A DNA stretch of 64,000 nt, taken from assembly GCA_964234715.1 (NCBI GenBank), contig OZ174275.1, one strand, 5' to 3'. The stretch comes from Podarcis melisellensis (lineage: Eukaryota). This document shows, piece after piece, positions 1 to 12,200 of this stretch (the stretch's first letter is position 1; each line of letters begins with the position of its first letter). The position numbers were made by a program, and so were the translations under genes. The notes under the pieces were generated by a model. That model was not told the DNA's origin. It was given only the letters and a program-made list of their open reading frames with translations, and made no database searches.

Positions 1-130
1 AGGATTTTAGCATTGTGTTTGATCACAAGCTGACTATGTATGAGTCAGTGGTGTTAGTTGACTGCAAAAACAGACTAATAAGATTTTTTTGCAGCATTAA
101 TAGAACCATGGTTTCCAAGTCACCAGAAGT
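1..130 (+). mobile_element. CR1-like LINE fragment
   Basis: gatcacaagctga...atgagtcagtg.tg...gcaaaaa...gcattaatagaa resembles degraded CR1 ORF2 3' sequence (recalled). Confidence 0.5.
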
Positions 131-2409
131 GGAACTGTGGCAGTGGACCCAGTTACCCTAGAGGGCAGGTGGTTTCCTGCTCTGGAAGTCTACACGAAGA
201 GGCTGGACCTGAATTGATATAGTCCACAATATGGGTATCTAACCTGAGTTCATGTGGGCCCCCACCTAACTTTGTCTCATCCTGCAACACCTCAGCACTT
301 TGGTGGCAGCAGCAAGAAGAAACAAAATCAAAATTGGCAGTGTTTGAACGCGACCAGCTGCATACCTGTGCATGCAGTGTGTGTGTGTGTGCGCGCACAC
401 ATATGCATACATGCAGGAGTTAAGGTTAGTCAAGAGTAAATGCAGCCTTTGGGCCCAAAATGTTAGCCACTCCTTGTCTACAGTATCCCTTCCAACTCTG
501 GTTTTATATCACTTCAGCACTGTAATTGTTGGGGAGGGGGGAGTTCTGTTAATCCTGAAATGTGCAGGACTTTGTTAGTGCCTTATATTTTGATTATCTT
601 TAGTTTGTATAATTACTCAGGATCAAGGGAAGTTGTTAGGAACGAATGACCCTATTGTATGTTCTTGGGTGAAGATCTTGCACTAGGTCACTCTGCTGAG
701 ACCCCAACAACGTCTCTCAGACTCCTTTGTTTTTGCTAACATCTCTGGATAGCCCTTGCTATTTCAGAAATGGGCACTGATGACTGGCCAACATTAAGGT
801 AATAGAACAAAGGAAAATAACAGCAATTTGGCCTGGCACTGCTGAGACCCTGTTGTGGCTGGAAACGTATCAGTCAAAAGCAGTGTAATGGAGGCAATGT
901 CTTGGACAAAACAGATTAGATTAGCCATTTGGTTTCCGAATGAAAATCACATTGACAGCTGCAGCCCTTGGGTAAGTAGCACTTTCTAAGAGCTTTACAG
1001 CCTGATCCTAGCCACATTTACTTGGAAAACTTGCTTTAAGTTAGTTACAGTAGTTTGTGAGTACAGCCTTAGCAATACATTGTTGCCACTAAGTGCAGAT
1101 CAATGCCTAGGATGGAAAGAGAAGGGCTATAATGTTGATGGAACATCTACCTGAACTTCAAGAAAAGCATAGCTTTTCGGGGAGGGAGGATTTGAAAAGT
1201 AATGACACTGAAAGTTCAGAATGAAAAGGTCAAGTTTTACTTACATTCCAGCTAACAAAATTGTCACAGCAAGTCTTAGAAAAGGTTGGCACATGGTCCT
1301 TTGTCCTCTGCTTCTTTGTTTTCTTCTGGCAAGGCTCTGAGTAAGTAGCCCACCAAAAGGCCTAATCTAAAGGGTTAAGCCTTGACTTGGGGGAAAACTG
1401 GAGCTTCTGCATATCAGGGTTGAGTTGTGTCAGGACTAAATGGGCACTACTAACTTGGTCCAGCAGCTAAAAACAATGAAAATGGAATTGACATTCTCAT
1501 GGTCTTTATACGCACTAAAATTTCTTCCCAACCATGAACACTAGCACTGTCTAGTCCATTGGTGCTTAATCTTGAGGGCAAACTGGAAATATCACTTTAT
1601 CTGGATACAATTCCTCTGAATATGCTAATGACTTTTGCCCCTCGCTTTCCTCCAGCCACAAAGAGGTCTAGTTTAGTGAATGTCTGCACGGGGACGCCTC
1701 TTGCTTCCAGTTCAGCTCTTTAGGTCACAGTGAAAGTGGTAGTTGTGTCCTGAGAAAAGAAATACAATGCACCGTAAGGCTGCTGATAACACTTTATGTT
1801 TGCACTGTTTACACAGATGAGCAGGACTGCCCCACATAGGTTGAAGGTTCATAAGCATATCTACTGAAGGCATTAGATATATTTATGAATGTGTTTCATC
1901 ACGGAAGAAAGGCATATGCACTAGTCATCTTTAATAATGGGGATAGTAACTAGGAGACAGGAGGCAGCCTTATTCCTTTCAAAATCATTAGCTAGCAGGA
2001 GAGGAAACCTCTTCAGTTACACTCTAATCAGCATACTTCTGAAATACTGCTTTCATTTTTAAGGGCTTTTCTGAGGTTAGTTTTTTAAAGGTTTTTTTCA
2101 TTTTGCTATATTTGTGCTAGTCCCAATTTAGTACCAGAAGCAATGATATTTTGTTTGCATGCAAAAAATAAAATAAAATGGTATTTTTGAGGCCTGGGGC
2201 TTTTGGTGTACGTTGCCTAATAATAATAATGCATTAGATAACTTAATGCTGTTAAAAGCATTAGTTACCAATGTGAAAGCTGGCAAAGAGGCGGCACTAT
2301 TTCATAGTGTTTTTATAGTTATAAGTTGACAACAAAGCAAGTGTCAAAAGAATTTGAAGAGCGTTTTACTAAGAACATTTTAAAAATCTAAAACTTAAAT
2401 ACATAAGAA

Positions 2410-2890
2410 GCAGGAAACCAGCCAATGAGGCAGTTGTATCTGTAGACAACCATGGAGTGGTTAAGATTGCTAAAGAGGGGGAGAGAGAAATTGCAGAAAA
2501 GTATAATTCTTTGCATTGAACTAAACTACTTTTTTAGTTCATGTGCGTAAGGTATGAGGGCTAAAATTAACAATCCCTCATATACAGTTGAAATGCACCC
2601 AAGATTCATTAAATAATAAAAATATGCAATCTATCACTGTAACTGGGCTAACTAAAGGATAGCCGTTCTGTGTGTGTTTGTTTTTTTGTAGGGAAGCCCT
2701 TTTAAAAGATATCTTCCAGTAAAATCATGAAAAGGATGTTAAAGAGAGAATTGTTACAGCTACTGAAGACAAGCCTTTTTGAGGAATAGTCAACATGGTT
2801 TCTGAATGCAAAAAAGTCCTGTATCATAAGTCTTTTGTAGTTCTTTGAGCATGCCAGCTGCCATTTTCTATGTGGATACAGGTAATGCTC
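2410..2890 (+). mobile_element. Degraded CR1-like LINE RT fragments
   Basis: agtcaacatggtttct...aagtcctgt...ttctttgag corresponds to the QHGF..KSC..L..FF RT motif. Confidence 0.45.
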
Positions 2891-3166
2891 TGGGCATTTT
2901 CAGTTTTTCATGGTGTTACATATTCTCTCCGCGATAGATATTCATTACAGTTGTGCCTTCCCTCAAAGAATCCTGGGAATTGTATTTTGGTGATGGTGTT
3001 GAGGATTCTGTTCTAGAGCCTTTCCCCAGTTCATGGAATCCCAGTTCCCAGAGTTCTCCAGAGACAGAATGGTAAGCCCGAGTGGTAAACTCAAAGTATA
3101 CATGCCACTGACACATGTAGACTATAGCATAACAAGAAAAAGTAACAGCAATAAATGGTCAAAGCC

Positions 3167-3172
3167 TTTATT
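3167..3172 (-). terminator. Candidate PKP3 polyadenylation signal (AATAAA)
   Basis: tttatt on + strand, followed on the minus strand by a U/GU-rich tract (ttgctgttactttttcttgtt). Closer candidates also exist (tttatt near 3551, ATTAAA variants near 4630 and 5113). Confidence 0.35.
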
Positions 3173-6100
3173 TAGCAACATCAATGAGTCTGCTCAGAAT
3201 TAGAGAGCATGCACTGAGCATGCTCAAAAGTGTGCAAAAGATTTCCAGATTCAGAGGAAGACAAGGTTCTTAATAGTTGTACAGGAAACAGAATTTTTGC
3301 AAGTGCAACATGTCATACAGGGGTGAGAACTGCTGTACTGGATGGAATTCCTTCCATACTGCACCACTGCGGCTGATCACCTGATGGGTCAGTAAGCTGT
3401 CTTGCCAGTTGTATATTTCTCTCTAGCAGAAGCACTGAAGAAGACCTAGTCCTTTCACCCACATGTTCTTTGATGTAGCATTTAACATGCCTATCCTTCA
3501 GTGCTTCAGGTTCTCATAAAACAAACATAAATATATAATATTGAAATATTTTTATTTCAGAAGTTAGAGAAGAGCCTAACGAACAAAGGTAGATATGCTC
3601 TTAAGAGCTCATTTAGTTCCTAAGAGATAATCCAAGGGTATTGTTATTACTTGTCATGTTCATTACAATTTAAACTTTAACCAGGTGTATTTTACCAGCA
3701 AATGGGCCAAAGGCTGTGGCCATCTTCACAAAATGACTTGTCTTCCCACTTTTCTCCTTGTGTTCATGGCTAAGGCTTTCAATCCTGCATCCAGGCTTCT
3801 CATTTGACAAACAAAAAAAGGGATGATTGTGCCTCTTTGTGGAGAGCAGAGGCAGGTCTTTGGCGAACAACATTAGTAGAAGCAGCAGACTGGCAAATTA
3901 GCAAGTTTTAATTACCTGCTTAACTTGCTGAGCTATGTGCATTTGTTGATACTTTTGGCTCCTCCCCTCTCCCAGACAGTTGTTAAGAGATAACAGCTCT
4001 ACTTCCAGGCAGCCTATCTGATGCTTGAGTGTGCATGTTCCATTGAGATAGCTCTACAATAACATCCATCCTTACTTGGAAATTAGGGGAGCTGTTTCCT
4101 CAATTTTTATATACAGATGATCACCTCTGAAAATAGGAAGAGTGTCAGATGTTGGAGGAACTGGTGAGTGGTGCATCACTATGCACCATGCAAAGGTAGC
4201 TATTTTACTAAAAGAAAACGCCAGCTGCTTAATTCACTTTCTTAAGGTGACTTTTCAGTTGCACAGTTGTGATTTCCAAGGAAGCATACATAATGCTGTC
4301 AAAGTTAATGAGTTGTTAAAAGCAGCAATTTTACAAGATAATAGCCTATCCACTATACTGAGTAAAAACAAAAGCATTCTATATACAGTATGTACAGGAA
4401 AAACTTATTCCCTCTTATTGCCCCTCGAGTCCATCTTGGCTTCACGTTGTGGCTGAGCAGAGTCTGGTCTCATATCTATGCTGGGTACAAATTTTAACAA
4501 TTACAGCAAGAACGTCAGAGAGAGGATGCTGGGGTAGTTATTTTCCTCCCAAATACTGAAATCAGCTGCCATTCCAACAGCAGCTTGTCTCTTAAAGTAA
4601 ATGAACATGGCTAAATTTGGCTAAGTATTTTAATAGGGCTACTCTTGAGTAAAAATTAGTTGATACCACTCATAGTAGTTGCATGACTCACTTTGATAAT
4701 GACAGCTATTGAGAGCTGCTGCTGATTTATGTGAAAGGTAGTGCAGTTAACAGCGCAACTACTCCAGTAAGAGAAACCTTCTCAATCAATGGCTTTCAGC
4801 TAGGCAGTGAAAAAAGCCTGTCAGATTGGTGGACATAGCATGTAGTGGGACTAGTACCAGATCCTACAGCCTCCAGCTTCCCCATTGGCCTGAACAGGTA
4901 CCAGATGACAGCCATAACCAATGTTTGTCTGCCATCACAGCCTCTGTAGTAACTTCCCCTTTAGCCAACATTCTGATAGGACATTCCAATAATCTGCCAT
5001 TCGACTGCACGAAGGATGTACCCCTGAGTGAAAGCTACTGTGAATTAGTCGTTATGTAACTTCCTTCATGTAGAATACTGGCACACAAAAGACAGCTTAA
5101 TTTTACTAAAACTTTAATCCGGTCATCTTGTGCCTTAACATATTCTATCCCAGCCAGTGTTGGCTCATTTGACAGGGTCCTAGCACTTTAGATCAAGGCT
5201 GTTGGTTTTACCCTATAATCAAATACAGTTCAGTGGACCAGTACCTGGCACTTTATAGCCACCAAGGCATTCCTGCCAGCATAGAGCCAAAGTAACATTT
5301 TGCGCAAAGCTGGCCAGAGACCAGCCCAAGGACCTCTTTTTCCCCAGCAGGTTCTAAGCCAGCCAGCACCCTTTTTGCATAATCCCACCCACCTCTTACT
5401 TCACCAGTGCTATCACCCAAACAGAAACAGTACACATATACAGTGTGTGTAGCTCCAGAAAATCCCGTCTTCAGGATACCTGCTATTGACCATACAAACT
5501 AATTAAAATGAAAGAATCCGTCACCCGATTCCACCATAAAACTATATGCCAAAGCATTCTTGCCCTACTTTTTGGCCAGTGCTAACTTTAAACATTGCAT
5601 TTATCCCTCAAAATTCCATTAACAGGTTCAATACCACCAGAAACAAGTGGTTTTCTGGTGTCATATATGTAGAGCTTATAGTTCTCATTAAAATTGATCC
5701 ATGCCTCAAGAAAAGAAGATCTCCTAGATCTTTAAAAGTGAAAAGGAAGCCCATCATTTTAGGGGTTCAGAGAGGATGGTGGGGAGTGACCTATGAACAG
5801 CAGGACTTTTAGGAGGGAGAAGGAAGGCCCCTCAGCATCCTTCCCAAGACTGGAAGTCCTGCCATGACATGAGTGTTTGTGAATTTCAAATAATGACTGG
5901 GGATCCAAGGGCATCCAGTACAAGATGTGAAGGAGAAGTAGAGTCCTGAGAATTTGCCTGGATGCTGACTCACGTCTTTACAGTTAAGATTTGTTTTTAT
6001 GAAGATAAGATGGCCAGCAGAAGATGATGAGTTTCCAGCAGGCTTGAAAAAGAAACACTAATGAATAATTAAAAAATAAGGCACACCAGCCAAATTGGCC

Positions 6101-6233
6101 TGAGATCTATAAAAAGGAGGGAAGCTGCAGAGGGCAAGCTTCATGCAGTGGCGGCACAGTCCATGATGGTGATTCACGTACAAATTTCATGAAGGGTTAG
6201 GGCTGGACAGTCCATTTCTGCATTCCTTTTTCT

Positions 6234-6269
6234 TTACAGGCCAACAAAGTCTTCTTTTCGATAGCCCTT
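6234..6269 (-). CDS. PKP3: PKP3 last coding exon (KGYRKEDFVGL*)
   Basis: gttttacag|AAG GGC TAT CGA AAA GAA GAC TTT GTT GGC CTG TAA; matches the recalled PKP3 C-terminus KGYRKEDF. Confidence 0.96.
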   Translation of the reverse strand, partial: KGYRKEDFVGL

Positions 6270-9200
6270 CTGTAAAACACAGAAGAAGAATATCACAAGG
6301 GCACATCATTCCACCCACCCAGTGCCCTATTGATATAAAACCCAAGATGGCACAGATTCTCAAAAGAACTGCCAATCTAGAATTCATATCTGTGATACTG
6401 CAGAAGAGAATGATCTGCAGCAAGGGGTGCCCCTTCCTCCCTCATAAGAGAAGTTTATTGTGCCTGATGTCTGAAATGGAAGCCCTCCACTATGAGAAAT
6501 AAGGGTGATGTGTTATGTTCTAATAGTGTGTTAAAATGTTCAAACATTTAAAATAAGGGGGAGCCCTAAAAACAAGTGGCACTTGCCAAGCCCTTGGAGG
6601 ACACACATTCCTGACACCTTAGATAAGTGCCATGATTCCTGGACTAAAACTATAGGTTATTGATCTATTTGGGGCAATATCCTCAGCTAAGGCCAAAATG
6701 GCAGCTGAACAAACAGCACATCTCTGTCACTTTCCTATTCAGTACTATAGGGCTAAACCCAAAGCACAGCAGGTACCCACCAAGCATCCCTTGTTAAAGT
6801 TAGATGCAAAAGGGTATAGGGTGGGCTCCCATACTGTTAATAGCGATTCAAAATAGGGGCGTAGAGCAGGTATATGTTTTCTTACGCCTCCATGACAAAC
6901 TATACTTACTGAAATTCATTCTTCCAGAAAACTACTACTAATATAGGCATGCTGGCCTTTGTAGCTGATCATATCTAGAAGATACCTCTTCTCCCTCTTC
7001 TAGAATCAGAAACCTACTCATGCATATTGCAGCACAGGCACCCTATGAAGTCATTTCTCTTGTGATGTGGATGTCCAGGAGTGCAAGCTTTCACACTGCA
7101 GGACTTGAAGGGGCAACCATACTTCCCCCTCTAGACTGGGCAGGAAGTCAGTTCTTCCCCTGTAAGTTCACTACGTAATTGGGAGGAAGGAACATACCGT
7201 CTTATAGTCCCGATGAAGCTTGCTGTACTGCCACATGTTGGTCAGGAGGCTGGAAGCAGCTCTCGACGACTTCTCACTGTCTGAGCTGGAGAATAAAAAC
7301 AGTCACAACACATTGCAAGTGCACTTTAAGACATAGGCTCTCTTCCTTCATAAACTATTGGTGGATTTTATACTAGGTTACATCATGTCTATTAGTGAAC
7401 CACTGAGAATTAAGGTAGCAACTCTTAGACACATAGTGAGGAATTCCACATAACGCTAAGTGGGGTATGGACACAAGGAACAAGGTCTGCTTGTGCAGTG
7501 GGATTTAGCTACTCTCCTTCCCCCTTGTGCCCCCTAAACCTGTTCTGGGGGCTCCCCCCATCTTCCAGAGCAAATTTAAGCACATAGAGGAAGAGAGGGG
7601 GGACAACTCAGCTGAATTCCTCCCACGTACTTAGGACAAAGCCCTACTAAATTCAGTGATACATCCAATAGGCTTGGGCTACACTTCTGGAAGAAAATGG
7701 GTCTGTCTTAACAAATGGGCATGGGCTGTAGGAACAGACTCACAGCTTTGCAGATCCACAAACACTCCCCTTAATAGAAATTTAGACAGGAGGACGTACT
7801 GTTTAGCAGCAGGTGGACTAATTTCACACCCTTGCAATTGGTATAAAGCAGCCAAATGGCCTAAAATGTGACTGAATATGGAGTTCTGGGAATTCAACTG
7901 GTGGTTTCAGCATATGGAATTGGAGGAGGAATCCCCAGGTCTTCCCCACCTGTCCCTTTTCTTCTTGATGTAGAATAGCTTCCGCAGGCCATCAAAGTAG
8001 ACAATGTCACGTGCAGCAACAGGGCTTTCCACAACCAAGTTGTTCAGCACAGCAATAATGTTGACAACCACGTCTGTTGGAGGCCACTTCTCTCCAGAGC
8101 TGCCTGGGAGCTTCTCGATCAAATGACTCACCACCTTGGTTGCTGCAAATCAAAAACAAAACTGATCAGTGATGTAGGTGACTATAGGTGAAGCCCCAAG
8201 GAATGGGACACGCACCAGAAACACTGTGTGCATGGAGTAGGCAAGGTCATTCTGCCTGGAGGACAGTGCCTCCCAGCTTTCTTCCAGGTCCTGGGATGGT
8301 GACCTTTGCTATATTTTCCAATTGGAATGACACTCACACATCTCATCCTTATTGCGCGCATTCCGGGAGAGATTCCGAATCAGTCCCGTCAGTGAACGAA
8401 GTTGGTGATGGTCAGCTGTGCGGACTCTGTCCAGCACTGGGTTCAGGATCCTCTCTTGCTCCAAAGCCACTCTGCTGAGGACACCAGCCCACTACAATGA
8501 AACAGGAGCCAGCAAGAGGATGAGTTGTTAGCCAAGTCAATAAAGCATCTGAGCTCAAGTTGCAGATGTGGGGAGAGAGATTCCCACATTTCCTCTGCTT
8601 ATTGCTGCAACATTGTTTATCAAAAACCCTTGTGTTTAAGATGCCTCCATGGCAGGTTTCCACAGCAATTTAGTGCTACAGCACAGAAAGCATCAGGGGT
8701 GAGGGGAAAAGAGAACGGGAAGCTTTCCTCCCAACTGTGAATTGGGGAGAGCTGGTTATGACAAATGACAGAACTGGCACTGATATTTGGCTACTCCTCC
8801 TTCTCCTTCAAAGTACACTTCCAAAACTATTTAAATATTTTCATTGGCCTACATTAGGGATTCTTAACCAAAGGTCCATGGATGGGCTTCAGGAAGTCTG
8901 TGAACAAAGTGCAAAAAAACACCCACCCCTCCATTGCAACAAACGTTTGTGTGCATGTTTGTGTGTTTATGTGCATTTTTCTGGAAAGGAAGTCTATAGC
9001 TTTCATCAAATCCTCAAAAGGGTCTGTGGGCCAAAACGGTTAAGAACTATTGACCTATATACCTACAAGAAGTATTGGGACACTGCAAACAGAGAAGTCC
9101 ATCTGGCCTTCCCCTTCATCTACTCCCAGTGCTGTATGATCTATTGGTTCTTAGTCTTTTCTGTCCTAGCTATGTTTTGGATTCAAGTAGGTAAGGGAGG

Positions 9201-12200
9201 CCTTGTCATCCCGTTTCCAACTATGCACAAGCCACCTATGAATGCCTTTCTTCTCATCATCTGTGACATGGAGAGTGAATTCTCACAGCAGTGCCTGTTC
9301 AGGTCTAAGGAAGGTAAGGCAGGCACAGCCTGCAAGGGAAGTTCCTCCTTCACAGGCACCTTCTCTTCATGTTGTTTAGGAAACCTTTAGGCTGTGGCGG
9401 TGTCAGTATTATGAAACAGAAGCTGGGGAAATGCTCAGAGCCTTCCCCTTGAGGTGTAAGTCAATAGAAAATATACAATATTCCACCAATGGGTAGAAAA
9501 GTCCTATCAGTTCAACAGTTTTTAGTTTCTTGCTAGTCTTCAAAGTTTGCCATCTTAAAAAAACAACCCTCACACCATTTTATCCCAGTGTACCCAACAA
9601 GACTCTTGGTGGGATGTTTCAAGCTGTTAACCTTACCCTCCGGTCCCCTGCTGTGATGTTCTGAAGAGCCCCAGAGGCTGCCTCCGTGGTGTGCTTGTTT
9701 AGCTCACATCTCTGTAGCAGCCTGTTGTACACTCCTATAATTTGAGGGTTCCACAGCCACTCCATCCCTTTGGGATCCTTAGAGACCTCTGTGAAAGTCA
9801 CAATGTCTGAGTTCATGTGGAGCTTGGGAGGGAAAGAGAGAGAATGTTCACTGACCATTCTATGGGGGTCTAGAGAACCGTTTTCTACCATATCACCCCC
9901 TTCATACCTCACCCAGACCTCAGCTCATGCACTGTTTCTACCATGGCTGTCATCTGTTTCTATGGACACAGCTTCTCACGCCTTAAATCCACTTCAATCT
10001 ATTTCGGGATCTTACTCGCTTCATAATTGCTTTGCATGTGTTCACTTCACTGTATCATTAATTCCCAGCATTCAATGTGAAAATACTGGAAGGAGCTTAC
10101 ACCTCCACTGATAACGCTCTGGATCTCCTTGGGGGATGTCACCCTCACGCCCTGAAAAGCAACTTCTATCCTAGTGCTTAGATCGAGCAACAGGCATGAT
10201 GAGGATCGAAGGCAACAACTACTGATCTGAAAGTTCTTCCCACTCATCTCTGAAATTGGGGGTTTCATTGTAGTTACTCAGAACCAAGGAAAAGTCTTCA
10301 CATTTTCAGGGATACTTTAACAAACTCTTACTTCATATTCTGAGGGTGGGGGATGAGCGCCAACAATAAAAACACATGTTTGGGCAGAGCCCGGGCACAA
10401 ATGAAGCTATGCAGACTTCAGATGAACAGACCCCTTCATAGGCTCACTTCACCATCTCTTAACATAATAACAATAACAATTTATTATTTATACCCCGCCC
10501 ATCTGGCTGGGTTTCCTCAGCCACTCTGAGCAGCTCCCAACCCAATATTAAAAACACAATGCAGCAATTCCTTACCTTAAGCAACATTTGCTGCCAGGCC
10601 CTTCTTTCTATCCCCCATAATAACACCATTTGCCCTCTCACCTCTCGAGCTCTCCTGCCCTGTGGGCTGAAGCATCCAACCAGCTCGCTAGTCATGGTTG
10701 GCCCCTCGCCCCTCCTTTGGCCTTCCAGTCTCTGGAGTGCAGAAGGAGGCATCTCATCATAGAGACGGTAGGAGAGGTTGCGCAGTACACAGACGGCATT
10801 CTCTACACTCTGTAGGGACAACAAAAGCGGGGTGTGCTTTTAAACGAACCATTTACAGCAAATTGTCCAATGCAAAGTATTTCCTTTTCTTTCTTTTGGC
10901 AAGCCCTTAAGGAATTATGTTTTTAAGTGGTTGCCGTGGATTGTATTATAAGATGCTGTTCTATGTAGATTTCAGTATTTTATGTATTTTTGTTTGTGTG
11001 TGATTCTTCTCGTCAGCTGCCTCAGGCAAAAATTTGGAGAAGCCCCAAATGTAAAATATTATGCATACACACACATAATTTATATTTTGCCTTTCCAGTT
11101 TTTTACTGGAAGCAGCTTACAAGAAGACTCCTCACTGGCTTTGGAGTCAGGATAAGGGATATGGGCTACATCTGTGCTTGGAGACATCTGCACTACACTT
11201 CTGCCAAGAATGAGAAAGGCTAGGAATGGAGATTCCCAGGCAGCTCTGACCCAAGGAGCAACCAAGCATATTTGATTGTATTGGACCAGTGCAGCCCAGG
11301 CACAGAAAAATGCATTATTTTATGGTCTACAGAAAACCTAGATTATTTTACTTAGATGTATAGAAACAGTCAAATTCAAGTCTTTTTAAACCCACACATC
11401 ACATTTTAGCTGACTTGTTGCTGCAGATACCCTGAATTTTAATGGAAGAATTCAATATACTCTTATCTGACCACTTACAAGCTAATACGACTCTTATTCT
11501 TTCTTGTATTTTATGTTGCCCTTCCTCCAAGATCCCCATTATAGCATACATGGTCTTCTGTGATGTAGGTTAGCCAAGTATCAGTGCTTGGCTGAAGATC
11601 ATCCTGTGAGTTTCATTGCTAAGGGCAGATCTGAATCAAGGACATTCGAGTCCTAGTCTGATGCTCTGTTCACTACACTACATGAATAAGGGTTGCCTTA
11701 CACTTTCCATTTTTGGATGTACACCAAAAATTCCATATGTATGTCTAAACTGAAAAGTGTAAAAAACACATTTAACACACACACGCCTTGTGATTGGCTG
11801 TAGCACCAATCTGAGTGTACACTTGTTGGCAGACCTTGCTTTGTCTATGTGTAATGTGTGAAGTGGCTTGCCGTGTCTTTGGACTGCTTCCCAAAGTCTG
11901 TGTGAAGAGCTCATGTCAGGAAAAGTAACAAAGGAAGTTTTGACTTATGGCAAGGGTGGAGAATCTTGGGTCCTCCAGAAGTTGCTGAACTACAACTCCC
12001 ATCAGCCCTAGCAAGCAAGGCCAGTGGGCCAGTGATGATGACAGCTGTTATACAGTAATATATGGGGGGAGGGGGCAAAGGTTCTCCCCACCGATTTAGG
12101 GGGAGGTCTCCTACTTGAGGCAGACTATCAACCTACTCTTGGCTCTCTCAGAGAAGAAGAAGAAGAGTTTGGATTTGATATCCTGCCTTTCACTCCCTTT

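Noticed and set aside
3207-3227. p53/p63-like double half-site gagcatgcac-t-gagcatgctc
   Set aside because: Imperfect, and likely part of a degraded palindromic repeat; no further support.
8737-9390. 217-aa + strand ORF
   Set aside because: It runs through a Charlie MITE and intronic sequence antisense to PKP3, has a non-ATG start and no recognisable domain.
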